Source of the DNA: an uncultured virus (IMG/VR IMGVR_UViG_3300042502_001066) | Lineage: Duplodnaviria > Heunggongvirae > Uroviricota > Caudoviricetes | Reading direction: 5' to 3' (one strand) | IMG/VR virus record: IMGVR_UViG_3300042502_001066 | Length of the DNA stretch: 20,000 nucleotides | Shown: piece by piece, positions 8,865 through 17,720 of the stretch | Layout of the letters: each line of letters begins with the position of its first letter | Position numbering within the stretch: the stretch's first letter is position 1 | Program-made: the position numbers and the translations under genes | Notes under the pieces: generated by a model | Database searches by the model: none | What the model saw: the letters and a program-made list of their open reading frames with translations, nothing else | Told to the model about the DNA's origin: nothing

Positions 8865-9917
8865 ATGAAAAAAATTAAATTATTTCTTTTAACCCTTTTC
8901 GCATTCATTGGAATGAGTGCATCATCACAAGTATTAACGTCTTTTAACGTTGATATAATTAACCTCGGAGGATGTCCATACACATTGTTCGGAAACTATT
9001 ATGGAGGTGGTATTCAAGGTAGTATTACTTTAACACAACAACCTACAGGAAGTTATGTTGCAGTTGTACCAGCAATTGATAGTCTAAATGTTAGTATCTG
9101 TGCAATTTATACTTCACCATGTTTAGGTGAGACTTGTATAAATGAAACAATATATCTTGGGTCAGGACAAGGTGTTCAGACATTTACGATAGTACTTCAA
9201 AACCAAGACTCAGATTTTGATGGGTTCATGGATAACATTGACTGTAATCCATTTGACCCATATATCTATCCAGGGGCACCTGAACTATGTTATGACGGTA
9301 TTGATAACAACTGTGATGGTTTAATTGAGGCAATGCCGACAATTGATACTCTGTACTTTGTTCCTGATTCACTTGTATCTGAACCAAACACTATTTACGT
9401 GGTTTACCAAGGTTCAAATACTGTAGAATGGGAATGGTTTTTTGGAAATGGAGGAAATGGGACGAGTTCAAACGAACAATACCCAACCATTACATTCCCT
9501 ACCTCAACGTTTACTTCACAAATGCTCCCGATTAACTTATACGCAATTTCCATTAATGGTTGTCAGGTTTATACTTCAATAAACTTTTCAATTGATAGTA
9601 ATGGAGTTTGGACACCGGGTGGAATTTTAAATGATTATACCTTAAACGTTGTTCCTGAATTTATAATTGGGGTTGAAGAAACAATGACTAATAACGTTAA
9701 AGTTTGGCCAAACCCTGTGTTAGGTATTGTTAATATTAACACACCATCAAATAGTGGAACGTTAAGAGTTATGTCTATCGACGGAAGATGTGTTCACCAA
9801 GAAAAATATTTTACTAACAACATTCAGTTTGATTCTGAAACATTAAGTAATGGAACTTATGTTATTACTCTTACTGACGATAGTGGTAAGTTTTACACAA
9901 CAAGAATTATTAAATAA
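8865..9917 (+). CDS. Secreted protein with a T9SS type-A C-terminal sorting domain, a MopE-like metal-binding repeat and a PKD-like segment
   Basis: Sec signal peptide MKKIKLFLLTLFAFIGMSASSQ; DSDFDG...DCNP...IYPGAPELCYDGIDNNCDG; WEWFFGNG; VKVWPNP...LSNGTYVITL...TTRIIK. Confidence 0.88.
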   Translation: MKKIKLFLLTLFAFIGMSASSQVLTSFNVDIINLGGCPYTLFGNYYGGGIQGSITLTQQPTGSYVAVVPAIDSLNVSICAIYTSPCLGETCINETIYLGSGQGVQTFTIVLQNQDSDFDGFMDNIDCNPFDPYIYPGAPELCYDGIDNNCDGLIEAMPTIDTLYFVPDSLVSEPNTIYVVYQGSNTVEWEWFFGNGGNGTSSNEQYPTITFPTSTFTSQMLPINLYAISINGCQVYTSINFSIDSNGVWTPGGILNDYTLNVVPEFIIGVEETMTNNVKVWPNPVLGIVNINTPSNSGTLRVMSIDGRCVHQEKYFTNNIQFDSETLSNGTYVITLTDDSGKFYTTRIIK

Positions 9918-9920
9918 TAA

Positions 9921-9953
9921 AATCCCCCTGAAACATGGGGGATTATAATTTTT
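9921..9953 (+). terminator. Hairpin, probable terminator
   Basis: AATCCCCC-TGAAACAT-GGGGGATT; weak, offset U-tract. Confidence 0.6.
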
Positions 9954-9962
9954 ATATCGGAT

Positions 9963-10226
9963 ATGAAAATTAAAATGGGTGTGGTTGAAAAACACCAATA
10001 CGAAGGTGTTAGAGAATTTGAGGAAATTGACTTGGACAAATTTCCGATTATTAAACAATTTATGGATGTTAATCCAGATTGCACCGAACAGGAATTACTT
10101 TCTTATATTAAGAAAATCAAAGACGAAGAGTTCAAAAAATTCATAACAGAATTGAGTTGGAACTCTATCATTAAAGAAAACTTCAGTAAGAACAAAACTG
10201 AATTTAAAATAGAAATAGAGAAATGA
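9963..10226 (+). CDS. Hypothetical protein (87 aa)
   Basis: ORF overlapping the next gene via ATGA. Confidence 0.75.
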   Translation: MKIKMGVVEKHQYEGVREFEEIDLDKFPIIKQFMDVNPDCTEQELLSYIKKIKDEEFKKFITELSWNSIIKENFSKNKTEFKIEIEK

Positions 10227-11191
10227 ATGTATTAATAACTGGTGGATTAGGTTTTATTGGTTCTAATTTTTATAATACCTTTAAAAAGAAATATCCTGAC
10301 TATAATTTAGTCATCCTTGATAGTGGGACATATGCAGCGGATGAAGATAACATTGATGATGTTAGAAGCTCTAGAATAATCAAATTTAGTATTACTGAAC
10401 GAGAAAGATTATTTAAGTTATTTGAAAATTACAAGTTTGACTCGGTAATACACTTCGCGGCTGAATCACATGTTGATAACTCAATATTAAATCCGATGGA
10501 GTTTGTTCAAACAAATATTATTGGAACGTTGAATCTGTTGGACGCTTCAATTAAGTATGGTATTAAATTATTCTATCACATATCAACTGATGAGGTTTTT
10601 GGACATTTAGGTGCGGTGGGTTCTTTTGATGAGAAGACTGCTTATGACCCAAGAAGTCCTTACTCAGCATCAAAGGCATCATCCGACCACTTTGTTAGAG
10701 CTTACTACCACACTTATGGATTACCTGTTGTGATATCAAATTGTTCAAATAACTTTGGACCAAACCAACATCAAGAAAAATTAATTCCAACAATCATTAA
10801 AAGTATCCTTAATGGGAAACCAATACCAGTTTATGGTAACGGACAGAATGTGAGGGACTGGTTATATGTTCAGGACCATGTGGATGCGATTGATATGATA
10901 TTTCACAAAGGTAAGGTAGGCGAAACCTATTGTATCGGTGGACGTAATGAACTAAATAATTTAAGACTGGTTAGATTGATTTGTGATAAGATTGATAATA
11001 TTAAACAATGGGAACAGAACTCACAAGACTTAATTACATTTGTTGAAGATAGAAAAGGACATGACTTTAGATACTCTATTGATTCAACCAAGGTGAAAGA
11101 ACAAATTGGGTGGGAACCTAAAGTTAATTTTGATGAAGGGTTAGATAAAACTATTGATTTTTATTTCAAAAAGTTTGGAAGTAAGGAATAG
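10223..11191 (+). CDS. rfbB: dTDP-glucose 4,6-dehydratase
   Basis: TGGLGFIGSN, HFAAESHVDNSI, HISTDEVFG, SPYSASKAS, NCSNNFGP, RDWLYVQDH, DRKGHDFRY. Confidence 0.95.
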   Translation: MNVLITGGLGFIGSNFYNTFKKKYPDYNLVILDSGTYAADEDNIDDVRSSRIIKFSITERERLFKLFENYKFDSVIHFAAESHVDNSILNPMEFVQTNIIGTLNLLDASIKYGIKLFYHISTDEVFGHLGAVGSFDEKTAYDPRSPYSASKASSDHFVRAYYHTYGLPVVISNCSNNFGPNQHQEKLIPTIIKSILNGKPIPVYGNGQNVRDWLYVQDHVDAIDMIFHKGKVGETYCIGGRNELNNLRLVRLICDKIDNIKQWEQNSQDLITFVEDRKGHDFRYSIDSTKVKEQIGWEPKVNFDEGLDKTIDFYFKKFGSKE

Positions 11192-11205
11192 TTTATCTAT
11201 ATTTG
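11175..11205 (+). promoter_or_regulatory. Bacteroidota-type promoter
   Basis: TTG at 11175; TATATTTG at 11198-11205; ATG at 11210. Confidence 0.7.
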
Positions 11206-11209
11206 TGTT

Positions 11210-11470
11210 ATGAAAGTAACATTAAACATCCAACACGAAAAATTCGGTAAAGTATTAACAATGTCTTTTGTTGACGCAATACAGACAAAATTATTTTTAA
11301 AACTTGTGAATGACGCTATTGATAACGGAGTTGCGTTTAGATACTACAACGTGACTGATACATTAGTACATATTCCTAACAAGATTTTAGTTGAATCTTT
11401 AATCACAACTGAAATGGAGTTTGTTACATTTTCTGAACAAGTATTGGCTAAAGTAGGTGAGGTTAAATAG
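11210..11470 (+). CDS. Hypothetical protein (86 aa)
   Basis: ORF between a promoter and a terminator. Confidence 0.8.
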   Translation: MKVTLNIQHEKFGKVLTMSFVDAIQTKLFLKLVNDAIDNGVAFRYYNVTDTLVHIPNKILVESLITTEMEFVTFSEQVLAKVGEVK

Positions 11471-11513
11471 TCTTTGTTAAACAAAGTGGTGGACCAACTT
11501 CCGGGTTGGGCTC

Positions 11514-11541
11514 AAAAGGGAACATTAGTGTTCCCTTTTTT
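11514..11541 (+). terminator. Intrinsic terminator (possibly bidirectional)
   Basis: AAAAGGGAACA-TTAG-TGTTCCCTTTTTT. Confidence 0.85.
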
Positions 11542-11575
11542 CGTTTTATTTGTATTTATATATAAAACTATAGTT

Positions 11576-11893
11576 ATGTCTAAAATTATAATCACAGAAG
11601 AACAACTTGAAAAATTAAAAAAAGCTTTATCTGAAAATACTGAACTTATTAATGAAGATAAAGATGGTAATTATATGGCTAAGCAACAACTTTTTGCCCT
11701 TGGTACCTTAGCATTACAAATGTGGGAGATTATGGAAGATGATGAACAGTTGGATGATTGGATGGAATCTAAGATTGCTCAAGCGGAACAATCAATTGTT
11801 TCAGTGGTTAAAGCTTACATGTATGACGAAGTGGTTGATGATATGAAAGGTATGGAAACCTTAAACTATAGTGATATTGTTATTGGTAAGTAA
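11576..11893 (+). CDS. Hypothetical protein (105 aa, MSKIIITEEQ...)
   Basis: Start reassigned to ATG 11576, downstream of the terminator and the TATTTAT motif. Confidence 0.8.
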   Translation: MSKIIITEEQLEKLKKALSENTELINEDKDGNYMAKQQLFALGTLALQMWEIMEDDEQLDDWMESKIAQAEQSIVSVVKAYMYDEVVDDMKGMETLNYSDIVIGK

Positions 11894-12780
11894 TGAAAAA
11901 GAAAAAACTTATAACTGAAGAGGTTAAAAATAAATTTTACCTATACAATCCTATTCCTATTGTTAAACAGGAGGCGACATTTGTTATTCAAGAAATTTTA
12001 GAAGCTTACGGGTTAAATTATGATTGGGGTCAAGATGTTGATTTGAATAGTTTAAATGTTGTTAACCGATTAAGATTTGAAGATTATATTAATCGTATTG
12101 TTAAGTATAAAGAGATTAGAGGACATGCTATTGAAGGATTGATGGCTGGTTTATTTAATGGTACACTTAATGAAAGTAAAAGTGGGATTTGGGATTATAA
12201 AGTAAGTCAAGGAGAAGTTGAACAGAAATTTTTAAATGATACTACTGAAAGTCCATCAATAGGAGGTTTCACAAATGCTTTAAATAGTTTAGGTGGAGAT
12301 GCTATTGCAACAATTAAAAATGCTTTATTAAACAACCGACCTGAAATAACAGGTACTAATCTATTTTTGGTTAATGACAATGAGATTACGGAGTATAAAA
12401 AAGAAATTTTAAGAAAAATACTTGTTGATATTACGTGTATAACAATTGATTCTGGTGATAGATTAACAACATATTATCTAACAAAAGAAAATGCTGTTGA
12501 ATTGTTTTCAGATGCTAACAACATAAGAAAACCAAGAAAAGTAAATTCTAATGAGTTAAGAGTATCGTCAGATGTTTTTATTAAAAAAGGAAATTCTTTT
12601 GATATCATTAAACCAATTGTAACCGATGAAGAACGTAAAGAATATTTGGAGGTAAGTCAAAGAGATGAAGAAGTTGCCAAGATTTTTGGACCTTATGGTG
12701 GTAAGATTAGACCTGATATTTTAAATTGGATAGAACAAAATAAAGAAGAATTTAAAAATTTAGTTAATACATTGTTATAA
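11893..12780 (+). CDS. Hypothetical protein, weak PD-(D/E)xK nuclease-like motif
   Basis: TAATG-coupled ORF; RGHAIEG...WDYK...EVEQK. Confidence 0.75.
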   Translation: MKKKKLITEEVKNKFYLYNPIPIVKQEATFVIQEILEAYGLNYDWGQDVDLNSLNVVNRLRFEDYINRIVKYKEIRGHAIEGLMAGLFNGTLNESKSGIWDYKVSQGEVEQKFLNDTTESPSIGGFTNALNSLGGDAIATIKNALLNNRPEITGTNLFLVNDNEITEYKKEILRKILVDITCITIDSGDRLTTYYLTKENAVELFSDANNIRKPRKVNSNELRVSSDVFIKKGNSFDIIKPIVTDEERKEYLEVSQRDEEVAKIFGPYGGKIRPDILNWIEQNKEEFKNLVNTLL

Positions 12781-13823
12781 TGAAAGTTGTTATTACAGAA
12801 GAACAATATAAGAGATTACTGAATGAAGATTTAGGTGTTAGTCGTGCAACAATTCCTTTTATTAATATTGTCCTTAATGAGGTTACACCAATTGTTGAAG
12901 ACATGACATTCAATAAAAAAAATGATTCGGAGTCAATTAATTTAGACTACAATACAATGAAACAAGTTGTTAAGTCAGACCCTGATTCATTTATTGAGTT
13001 TCCTGTTGAAGGAATGGATATTGAGATTAAATTTGGTTATGTAAAAAAACCTGGTGGCGATGCTAAGTTTAAAACAGGTGGTGCTATGTATCAGATTAAA
13101 AAAGAATCTGAAGGGGAATCTTACATGAAACTTCCATCACTTGAAATACCTGAAAAAATACTGAAAGAAATTAATAAAACTATCATAGGTAAAATGGAAG
13201 TTGAAGTTTTAATAACACCTACATTTGAACCTGAAGATATTGATGATTTGATTGATGACTTAAGAGATAGTATTACTCACGAATTATTACATCTATATGA
13301 GTTCTATAAAAGATGGGAGTCAACAGGTAAGGGTGAAGTTGATTTAATTAAAACATTCGCCGGTGGAATTAATCCGAATGTTCCTAAAAAGATTTTCAAA
13401 TATTATAGTGAATTTTTAGATTTAGTTTATTATTCAGAACCATATGAATTGAATGCTATGTCACAAGAAGCTTATTCAAAATCATTTAAAATGACACCTG
13501 AAGAGTTTACAAAATCACCATATTGGTTTATTGCTGATAAAATGGAAAAGTTTAATGCTGACAACTTCTTTGATGGGTTGGTAGATGTTATTAAACAAAG
13601 AAGTGGTGAGGACACTCTTGTTTTTCATTTAAGTAATTTACATAAGTTCTATATGAAACAATATAGACAAATTGCTAAACAAACTAATAAAACAGTACCA
13701 AGGGACATAGAGAAAACAAATAGTATCTACGATTTGTTTAAAATGTATGAACCAAGAATTAACAAAGCTGGTAAAAAATTAAAAAGAAATCTAGGACGTG
13801 TCTATGGAATTGAAAAATCTTAA
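12780..13823 (+). CDS. Zincin-like (HExxH) metallopeptidase-like protein
   Basis: ITHELLHLYE and downstream EPYELNA; N-terminal MKVVITEEQ motif. Confidence 0.7.
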   Translation: MKVVITEEQYKRLLNEDLGVSRATIPFINIVLNEVTPIVEDMTFNKKNDSESINLDYNTMKQVVKSDPDSFIEFPVEGMDIEIKFGYVKKPGGDAKFKTGGAMYQIKKESEGESYMKLPSLEIPEKILKEINKTIIGKMEVEVLITPTFEPEDIDDLIDDLRDSITHELLHLYEFYKRWESTGKGEVDLIKTFAGGINPNVPKKIFKYYSEFLDLVYYSEPYELNAMSQEAYSKSFKMTPEEFTKSPYWFIADKMEKFNADNFFDGLVDVIKQRSGEDTLVFHLSNLHKFYMKQYRQIAKQTNKTVPRDIEKTNSIYDLFKMYEPRINKAGKKLKRNLGRVYGIEKS

Positions 13824-14232
13824 CATATTATTTTTTATATTACTATTCACATCTTGTACTAGTTTTGAAAATCTAACTGACGACAGAACAAGACCCGAAG
13901 ATGATGAGATGTATTGGAACAGGACTGAAGAGTTTTGGGTGACACATCACGAACCTAAAGCAAGACCAGTATCAAGTGAGGATTACTACGGTAATAGAGT
14001 TGTATTACCTGTAACTTATTACAACAACTATCCTGACTATAACTACTATGATAGAAACAACAATTATTATCCAACGTATAACTATCAACAAACTACACTA
14101 CCGTTACCACCACCTCCACCACAACACAACAATCCTTCACCGACTATTAACACTCCTAAACCAAATGTAACTCATTATAAAAGAAATAATGAACCACAGA
14201 GAGGTAATTCTAAACCTGGTGTTAGACGATGA
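13804..14232 (+). CDS. Putative lipoprotein with a Tyr/Asn- and Pro-rich tail
   Basis: MELKNLNILFFILLFTSC lipobox-like signal; PLPPPPP tract. Confidence 0.75.
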   Translation: MELKNLNILFFILLFTSCTSFENLTDDRTRPEDDEMYWNRTEEFWVTHHEPKARPVSSEDYYGNRVVLPVTYYNNYPDYNYYDRNNNYYPTYNYQQTTLPLPPPPPQHNNPSPTINTPKPNVTHYKRNNEPQRGNSKPGVRR

Positions 14233-14642
14233 ATAAAGAACTTAACGGGATAAATAAATTTCTTGAGGGTAAAACTTTTGGTTATGACCATCGTGTTAGT
14301 TTCAGTGAAAAACCTCAAAAGGGTTATTATCAATTTCATATAGATAAAGTTGCTCAGTTAATAAGTATTGGTGAAATGAAAGACCACCTTTTTGTATCGG
14401 TTAAATTGGTTAATGGTGAAGGTATGGTTAATTATTACTTATGTGCGTTTGGTAATAAAGAAAAGATAATTGGAAGAGACCGTGTTAATAAAGGATGGTA
14501 TGAATTTTCAGTTCAAATAGGTCATGACATTGAGGAATTCCTTAAATTCTTTAGTATTAATATGCCTGTCGTTGTTGATAACTTAGAATTTACCCCATCA
14601 AAAGATTTTGTTCCATTAATTAATTTGGAAAATAAGGAATAA
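14229..14642 (+). CDS. Hypothetical protein (137 aa)
   Basis: ATGA-coupled ORF. Confidence 0.8.
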   Translation: MNKELNGINKFLEGKTFGYDHRVSFSEKPQKGYYQFHIDKVAQLISIGEMKDHLFVSVKLVNGEGMVNYYLCAFGNKEKIIGRDRVNKGWYEFSVQIGHDIEEFLKFFSINMPVVVDNLEFTPSKDFVPLINLENKE

Positions 14643-14915
14643 TTAACGTCCCATGTAAATTTTAAACTCGTCATATAGTTTAGTATCACTATATGCTCTA
14701 ATTAATTCTTTGTCGGCACATATATTATCGGGTTGTCCTGATACAACAGGTTTAATTTTATAACCACTATTTGTACATCTTTTTCCCATTGCACACCACA
14801 CTCTAAACTCTTTAAACTCTATTTGATTATTATTACAATCAGATTCTGTTGATTCTGATATTAAACCATACATTTTACGTATTTGTTTGTTTTCTTGTTC
14901 TGTGATTCTAAACAT
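14643..14915 (-). CDS. Hypothetical protein (90 aa, four Cys)
   Basis: Starts MFRITEQE; TATTTAT upstream on the minus strand. Confidence 0.75.
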   Translation of the reverse strand: MFRITEQENKQIRKMYGLISESTESDCNNNQIEFKEFRVWCAMGKRCTNSGYKIKPVVSGQPDNICADKELIRAYSDTKLYDEFKIYMGR

Positions 14916-14956
14916 AATTTTGTTTTTATTATAAATATTCGTATATTTGTAAAATT

Positions 14957-15127
14957 ATGAGCGACAAAACTAAATTTACAAGAACCTACGAAACGGACGA
15001 GACCATTGCTGTTTGGACTTATGATTTGGATAAGTTCAAGAACGGCCCGATTTCTGTTGACATCAAATACAAATACGACCCTGACAGGAAACTTTCCAAC
15101 AGGGAAAAATACTCAAAGAAAAAATGA
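14957..15127 (+). CDS. Small hypothetical protein (56 aa, MSDKTKFTRTYE...KKK)
   Basis: Translated by hand; follows TATATTTG (14942-14949) and is ATGA-coupled to the HAD gene. Confidence 0.75.
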   Translation: MSDKTKFTRTYETDETIAVWTYDLDKFKNGPISVDIKYKYDPDRKLSNREKYSKKK

Positions 15128-15696
15128 AAGTAATATTTTTAGACCACGATGGAGTTATCTGTTTATCTGATAACTGGGGGTCACGATTTAAGAAACAAAA
15201 AAAGTATAGAAAAAAATTGAGTCAATCAGTAATGACAATGCCTCTTGATGCTCGTTTTGATAACTTTGATAAGAAGGCAATCAAGGTATTGAATGAAATC
15301 TTGGAACAGACTGGTGCTGAAATCGTTGTATCTTCTGATTGGAAAGTTTGGTGTTCAGTTGAGGAGATGGGTGATTACTATGAGAAACAAGGTATCATCA
15401 AACGACCAATTGATTTTACAACCAATACAATTGATGGTGAAAAAGTAACTTGGTTCCGAAATTGGGATTTGGAAGGAACAAGAAGTGTTCAGATTCAAGA
15501 ATGGTTAAAAGAACATCCCGAAGTTACACATTGGGTGGCGATTGATGATTTGGAGATGGGAAAGACTGGACTACATTACTCAATGGAATATGAACACAAA
15601 TGGGGACTTGATAACTTTGTCTTAACACCTTTGAACAATGAGGGTATCAAACAACTTGGAGTTAAAGAAAAGGTGTTATCCTTTTTGGAAGGGTAA
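15124..15696 (+). CDS. HAD-superfamily phosphatase (RNA-repair 'Swiss Army Knife' HAD-like)
   Basis: IFLDHDGV motif I, IVVSSDW motif II, WVAIDD motif IV. Confidence 0.85.
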   Translation: MKVIFLDHDGVICLSDNWGSRFKKQKKYRKKLSQSVMTMPLDARFDNFDKKAIKVLNEILEQTGAEIVVSSDWKVWCSVEEMGDYYEKQGIIKRPIDFTTNTIDGEKVTWFRNWDLEGTRSVQIQEWLKEHPEVTHWVAIDDLEMGKTGLHYSMEYEHKWGLDNFVLTPLNNEGIKQLGVKEKVLSFLEG

Positions 15697-15708
15697 TATT
15701 TATGTAAT

Positions 15709-16266
15709 ATGAAATACCTAATATCAGAGGAACAAAATAAATTTTTGAAGGAAGAGTTGGATAAACCAAATTTTAAAAATTTGATTAAGAAATTGTTTGA
15801 GAAACAAGTTAGGAAAGGTGAACAACCACATATTGATAATATGATTATGGATTTCTTTGAAGTTGATGTGTGGGAAAGAGACTTTAATATCCTGATTGAA
15901 TTGTTAAGGGATTTCTTGGGTAGGGAACAATCGGTTAAATTGACTGAAGAACTATTACAGAAAACCTTTAAAACAGACCGATATAACTTTTCAGGTGGAT
16001 ACAGTTTTGATTTCAAAGCTAAAATAATAGACCAAGAAGATGGGGAATATTTTAAAGTAGATGTTTATATTTTACCGGGTGGTGAGGTGGATTTAGTAAT
16101 GACAGATGAAGGAGTTCGTGATTTAAAACAAGCTCTTAACGACCAATCTATTGGATTTGAAATTGAAAGTGAAGTGAAGGAAATTATTGATGAAATTTTC
16201 ACAGAAGAAATTACCTATAAGACTGGTGTTGTTGTGGATTTAGAAACACTTATTATTCAGGATTGA
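15709..16266 (+). CDS. Hypothetical protein (185 aa, MKYLISEEQ...)
   Basis: ORF with TATTTAT starting 12 nt before the ATG. Confidence 0.8.
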   Translation: MKYLISEEQNKFLKEELDKPNFKNLIKKLFEKQVRKGEQPHIDNMIMDFFEVDVWERDFNILIELLRDFLGREQSVKLTEELLQKTFKTDRYNFSGGYSFDFKAKIIDQEDGEYFKVDVYILPGGEVDLVMTDEGVRDLKQALNDQSIGFEIESEVKEIIDEIFTEEITYKTGVVVDLETLIIQD

Positions 16267-16922
16267 GGTAACATATAGTTAGTATTCACCATCCATCCCA
16301 TCCAGTTAAAATCAACAAAAGATTTGTTGTTTCTTATATCATCGGTCAGACATTCCCACATTAGCTCATCAATATGGTGGTCAAACTTATCGTGAATTAT
16401 GTCAAGTATTTCATCTTCATCAAATCCATAGTAAACTTCACCATCTAATGTTATTTCCATAGATTTAACTAATAAATTAACGTCTATAACAATCATTTCG
16501 GCATCAACTTCAAAATAAAAATTTTTAGAAAAACGACCTTCAATCGTTATTTTTTTACGTTCATATTGGGAATCTAATTTAAATGGTTTTCCCACAAGAC
16601 AACTATTAATTTCATTTAAACTTTTTTGTGGGATATATAAACTATCGCAATCTAAATAATATAAAAATTGTGGAGCGATGTTAACCTCAGGAAAAAATTT
16701 TCTTAACGAATGTATTTCTTCATCAATGTAACCTGAGAGAGCTTCATGGGTGTATGGTAAGTTTTTAGGGTTATCTATTGTATAGACAGGTACTTTTTTG
16801 TAATGAAATGATTTTTTTTCTTCACCTGTTAAACGCAATGTTATACCATCCGCATCAATTACAGATAACATTTTAACAACAGTGTCCATTAATCTTTTTA
16901 GTTGTAATTCACTAGTGTTCAT
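16257..16922 (-). CDS. Hypothetical protein (221 aa)
   Basis: Long ORF with TATTTAC starting 12 nt before the ATG on the minus strand. Confidence 0.8.
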   Translation of the reverse strand: MNTSELQLKRLMDTVVKMLSVIDADGITLRLTGEEKKSFHYKKVPVYTIDNPKNLPYTHEALSGYIDEEIHSLRKFFPEVNIAPQFLYYLDCDSLYIPQKSLNEINSCLVGKPFKLDSQYERKKITIEGRFSKNFYFEVDAEMIVIDVNLLVKSMEITLDGEVYYGFDEDEILDIIHDKFDHHIDELMWECLTDDIRNNKSFVDFNWMGWMVNTNYMLPQS

Positions 16923-16977
16923 ATTATGTAAATAGTAATAATTTTATTTAAAATTTAAAACTAAAATGAAAAAAAAC

Positions 16978-17008
16978 TTGACATAAGAAGAAATTTATAT
17001 TACTTTTG
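16978..17008 (+). promoter_or_regulatory. Promoter of the tRNA operon (TTGACA-17 nt-TACTTTTG)
   Basis: Same geometry as the 6293 and 6395 promoters. Confidence 0.8.
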
Positions 17009-17037
17009 TAAAACAATTGATATTTAATAAGAAAACA

Positions 17038-17151
17038 ATGAAACAGAACTCAACACATAACGTAAGTAATCTCCCGACAAACGTGGGCCAATCATGGTTT
17101 ACGATTAAGGGGCAGGATTGCCGTAAGTTCAGGGTTCTTAATAAGATGTAA
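17038..17151 (+). CDS. Putative leader (attenuator) peptide, 37 aa: MKQNSTHNVSNLPTNVGQSWFTIKGQDCRKFRVLNKM
   Basis: Short ORF between the promoter and terminator, with an A-rich initiation region; contains a copy of the terminator 3' arm. Confidence 0.7.
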   Translation: MKQNSTHNVSNLPTNVGQSWFTIKGQDCRKFRVLNKM

Positions 17152-17173
17152 TCGTATCATCAAATATATAAGG

Positions 17174-17210
17174 AAACCCTGGACTACAAAAAAGTTCAGG
17201 GTTTTTTTTT
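17174..17210 (+). terminator. Attenuator-type intrinsic terminator upstream of the tRNA array
   Basis: AAACCCTGGACT-ACAAAAA-AGTTCAGGGTTT, running into a 9-T tract (17202-17210). Confidence 0.85.
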
Positions 17211-17224
17211 GGTTCTTTGACATA
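17211..17224 (+). promoter_or_regulatory. boxA-like element
   Basis: GGTTCTTTGACATA directly after the terminator and before the first tRNA. Confidence 0.6.
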
Positions 17225-17234
17225 TTGGGAAAAT

Positions 17235-17306
17235 GGTGATGTAGCTCAGAGGTGGAGCATCTGACTGTTAATCAGAGGGTCGGGATTTCGAAATTCCCCA
17301 TCACCG
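17235..17306 (+). tRNA. tRNA-Asn(GTT)
   Basis: GGTGATG/CATCACC acceptor; TCTGA-CTGTTAA-TCAGA. Confidence 0.9.
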
Positions 17307-17316
17307 CAAAAATAAT

Positions 17317-17391
17317 GACTTCGTAGCTCAGCAGGTTTAGAGCACCTCACTTTTAATGAGGGAGTCGTGGGTTCGAGTCCCACCGGGGTCA
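17317..17391 (+). tRNA. tRNA-Lys(TTT)
   Basis: GACTTCG/CGGGGTC; CCTCA-CTTTTAA-TGAGG; GGTTCGAGTCC. Confidence 0.93.
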
Positions 17392-17398
17392 CTTAAAC

Positions 17399-17469
17399 AC
17401 GTCAGTGGTGAAATGGTATCATCACGGTCTCCAAAACCGTTGTTTGGGGTTCGAGTCCCTACTGTCGTG
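17399..17469 (+). tRNA. tRNA-Trp(CCA)
   Basis: ACGTCAG/CTGTCGT (one mismatch); ACGGT-CTCCAAA-ACCGT. Confidence 0.9.
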
Positions 17470-17475
17470 CAACAA

Positions 17476-17549
17476 GCCTCCATAGCTCAGCAGGTCAGAG
17501 CGACTGATTTGTAATCAGTAGGTCGTTGGTTCGATTCCGACTGGAGGCT
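17476..17549 (+). tRNA. tRNA-Thr(TGT)
   Basis: GCCTCCA/TGGAGGC; ACTGA-TTTGTAA-TCAGT. Confidence 0.93.
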
Positions 17550-17556
17550 CTAATAT

Positions 17557-17631
17557 TCTCACGTAGCTCAGTTGGCTTAGAGCATTTGTCTGATACACAA
17601 AAGGTCGTTGGTTCGATTCCAACCGTGAGAA
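17557..17631 (+). tRNA. tRNA-Ile(GAT)
   Basis: TCTCACG/CGTGAGA; TTTGT-CTGATAC-ACAAA. Confidence 0.88.
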
Positions 17632-17638
17632 CTTAATT

Positions 17639-17713
<75 letters not shown>

Positions 17714-17720
17714 CTATAAT

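Noticed and set aside
11474..11575. N-terminal extension of ORF 11474..11893
   Set aside because: It spans a terminator and a promoter motif; ATG 11576 is the better start.
49..16016. Antisense and alternative-frame ORFs nested within long genes (e.g. 49..318, 957..1292, 2359..2646, 3700..3978, 15576..16016)
   Set aside because: Shadow ORFs of better-supported genes.
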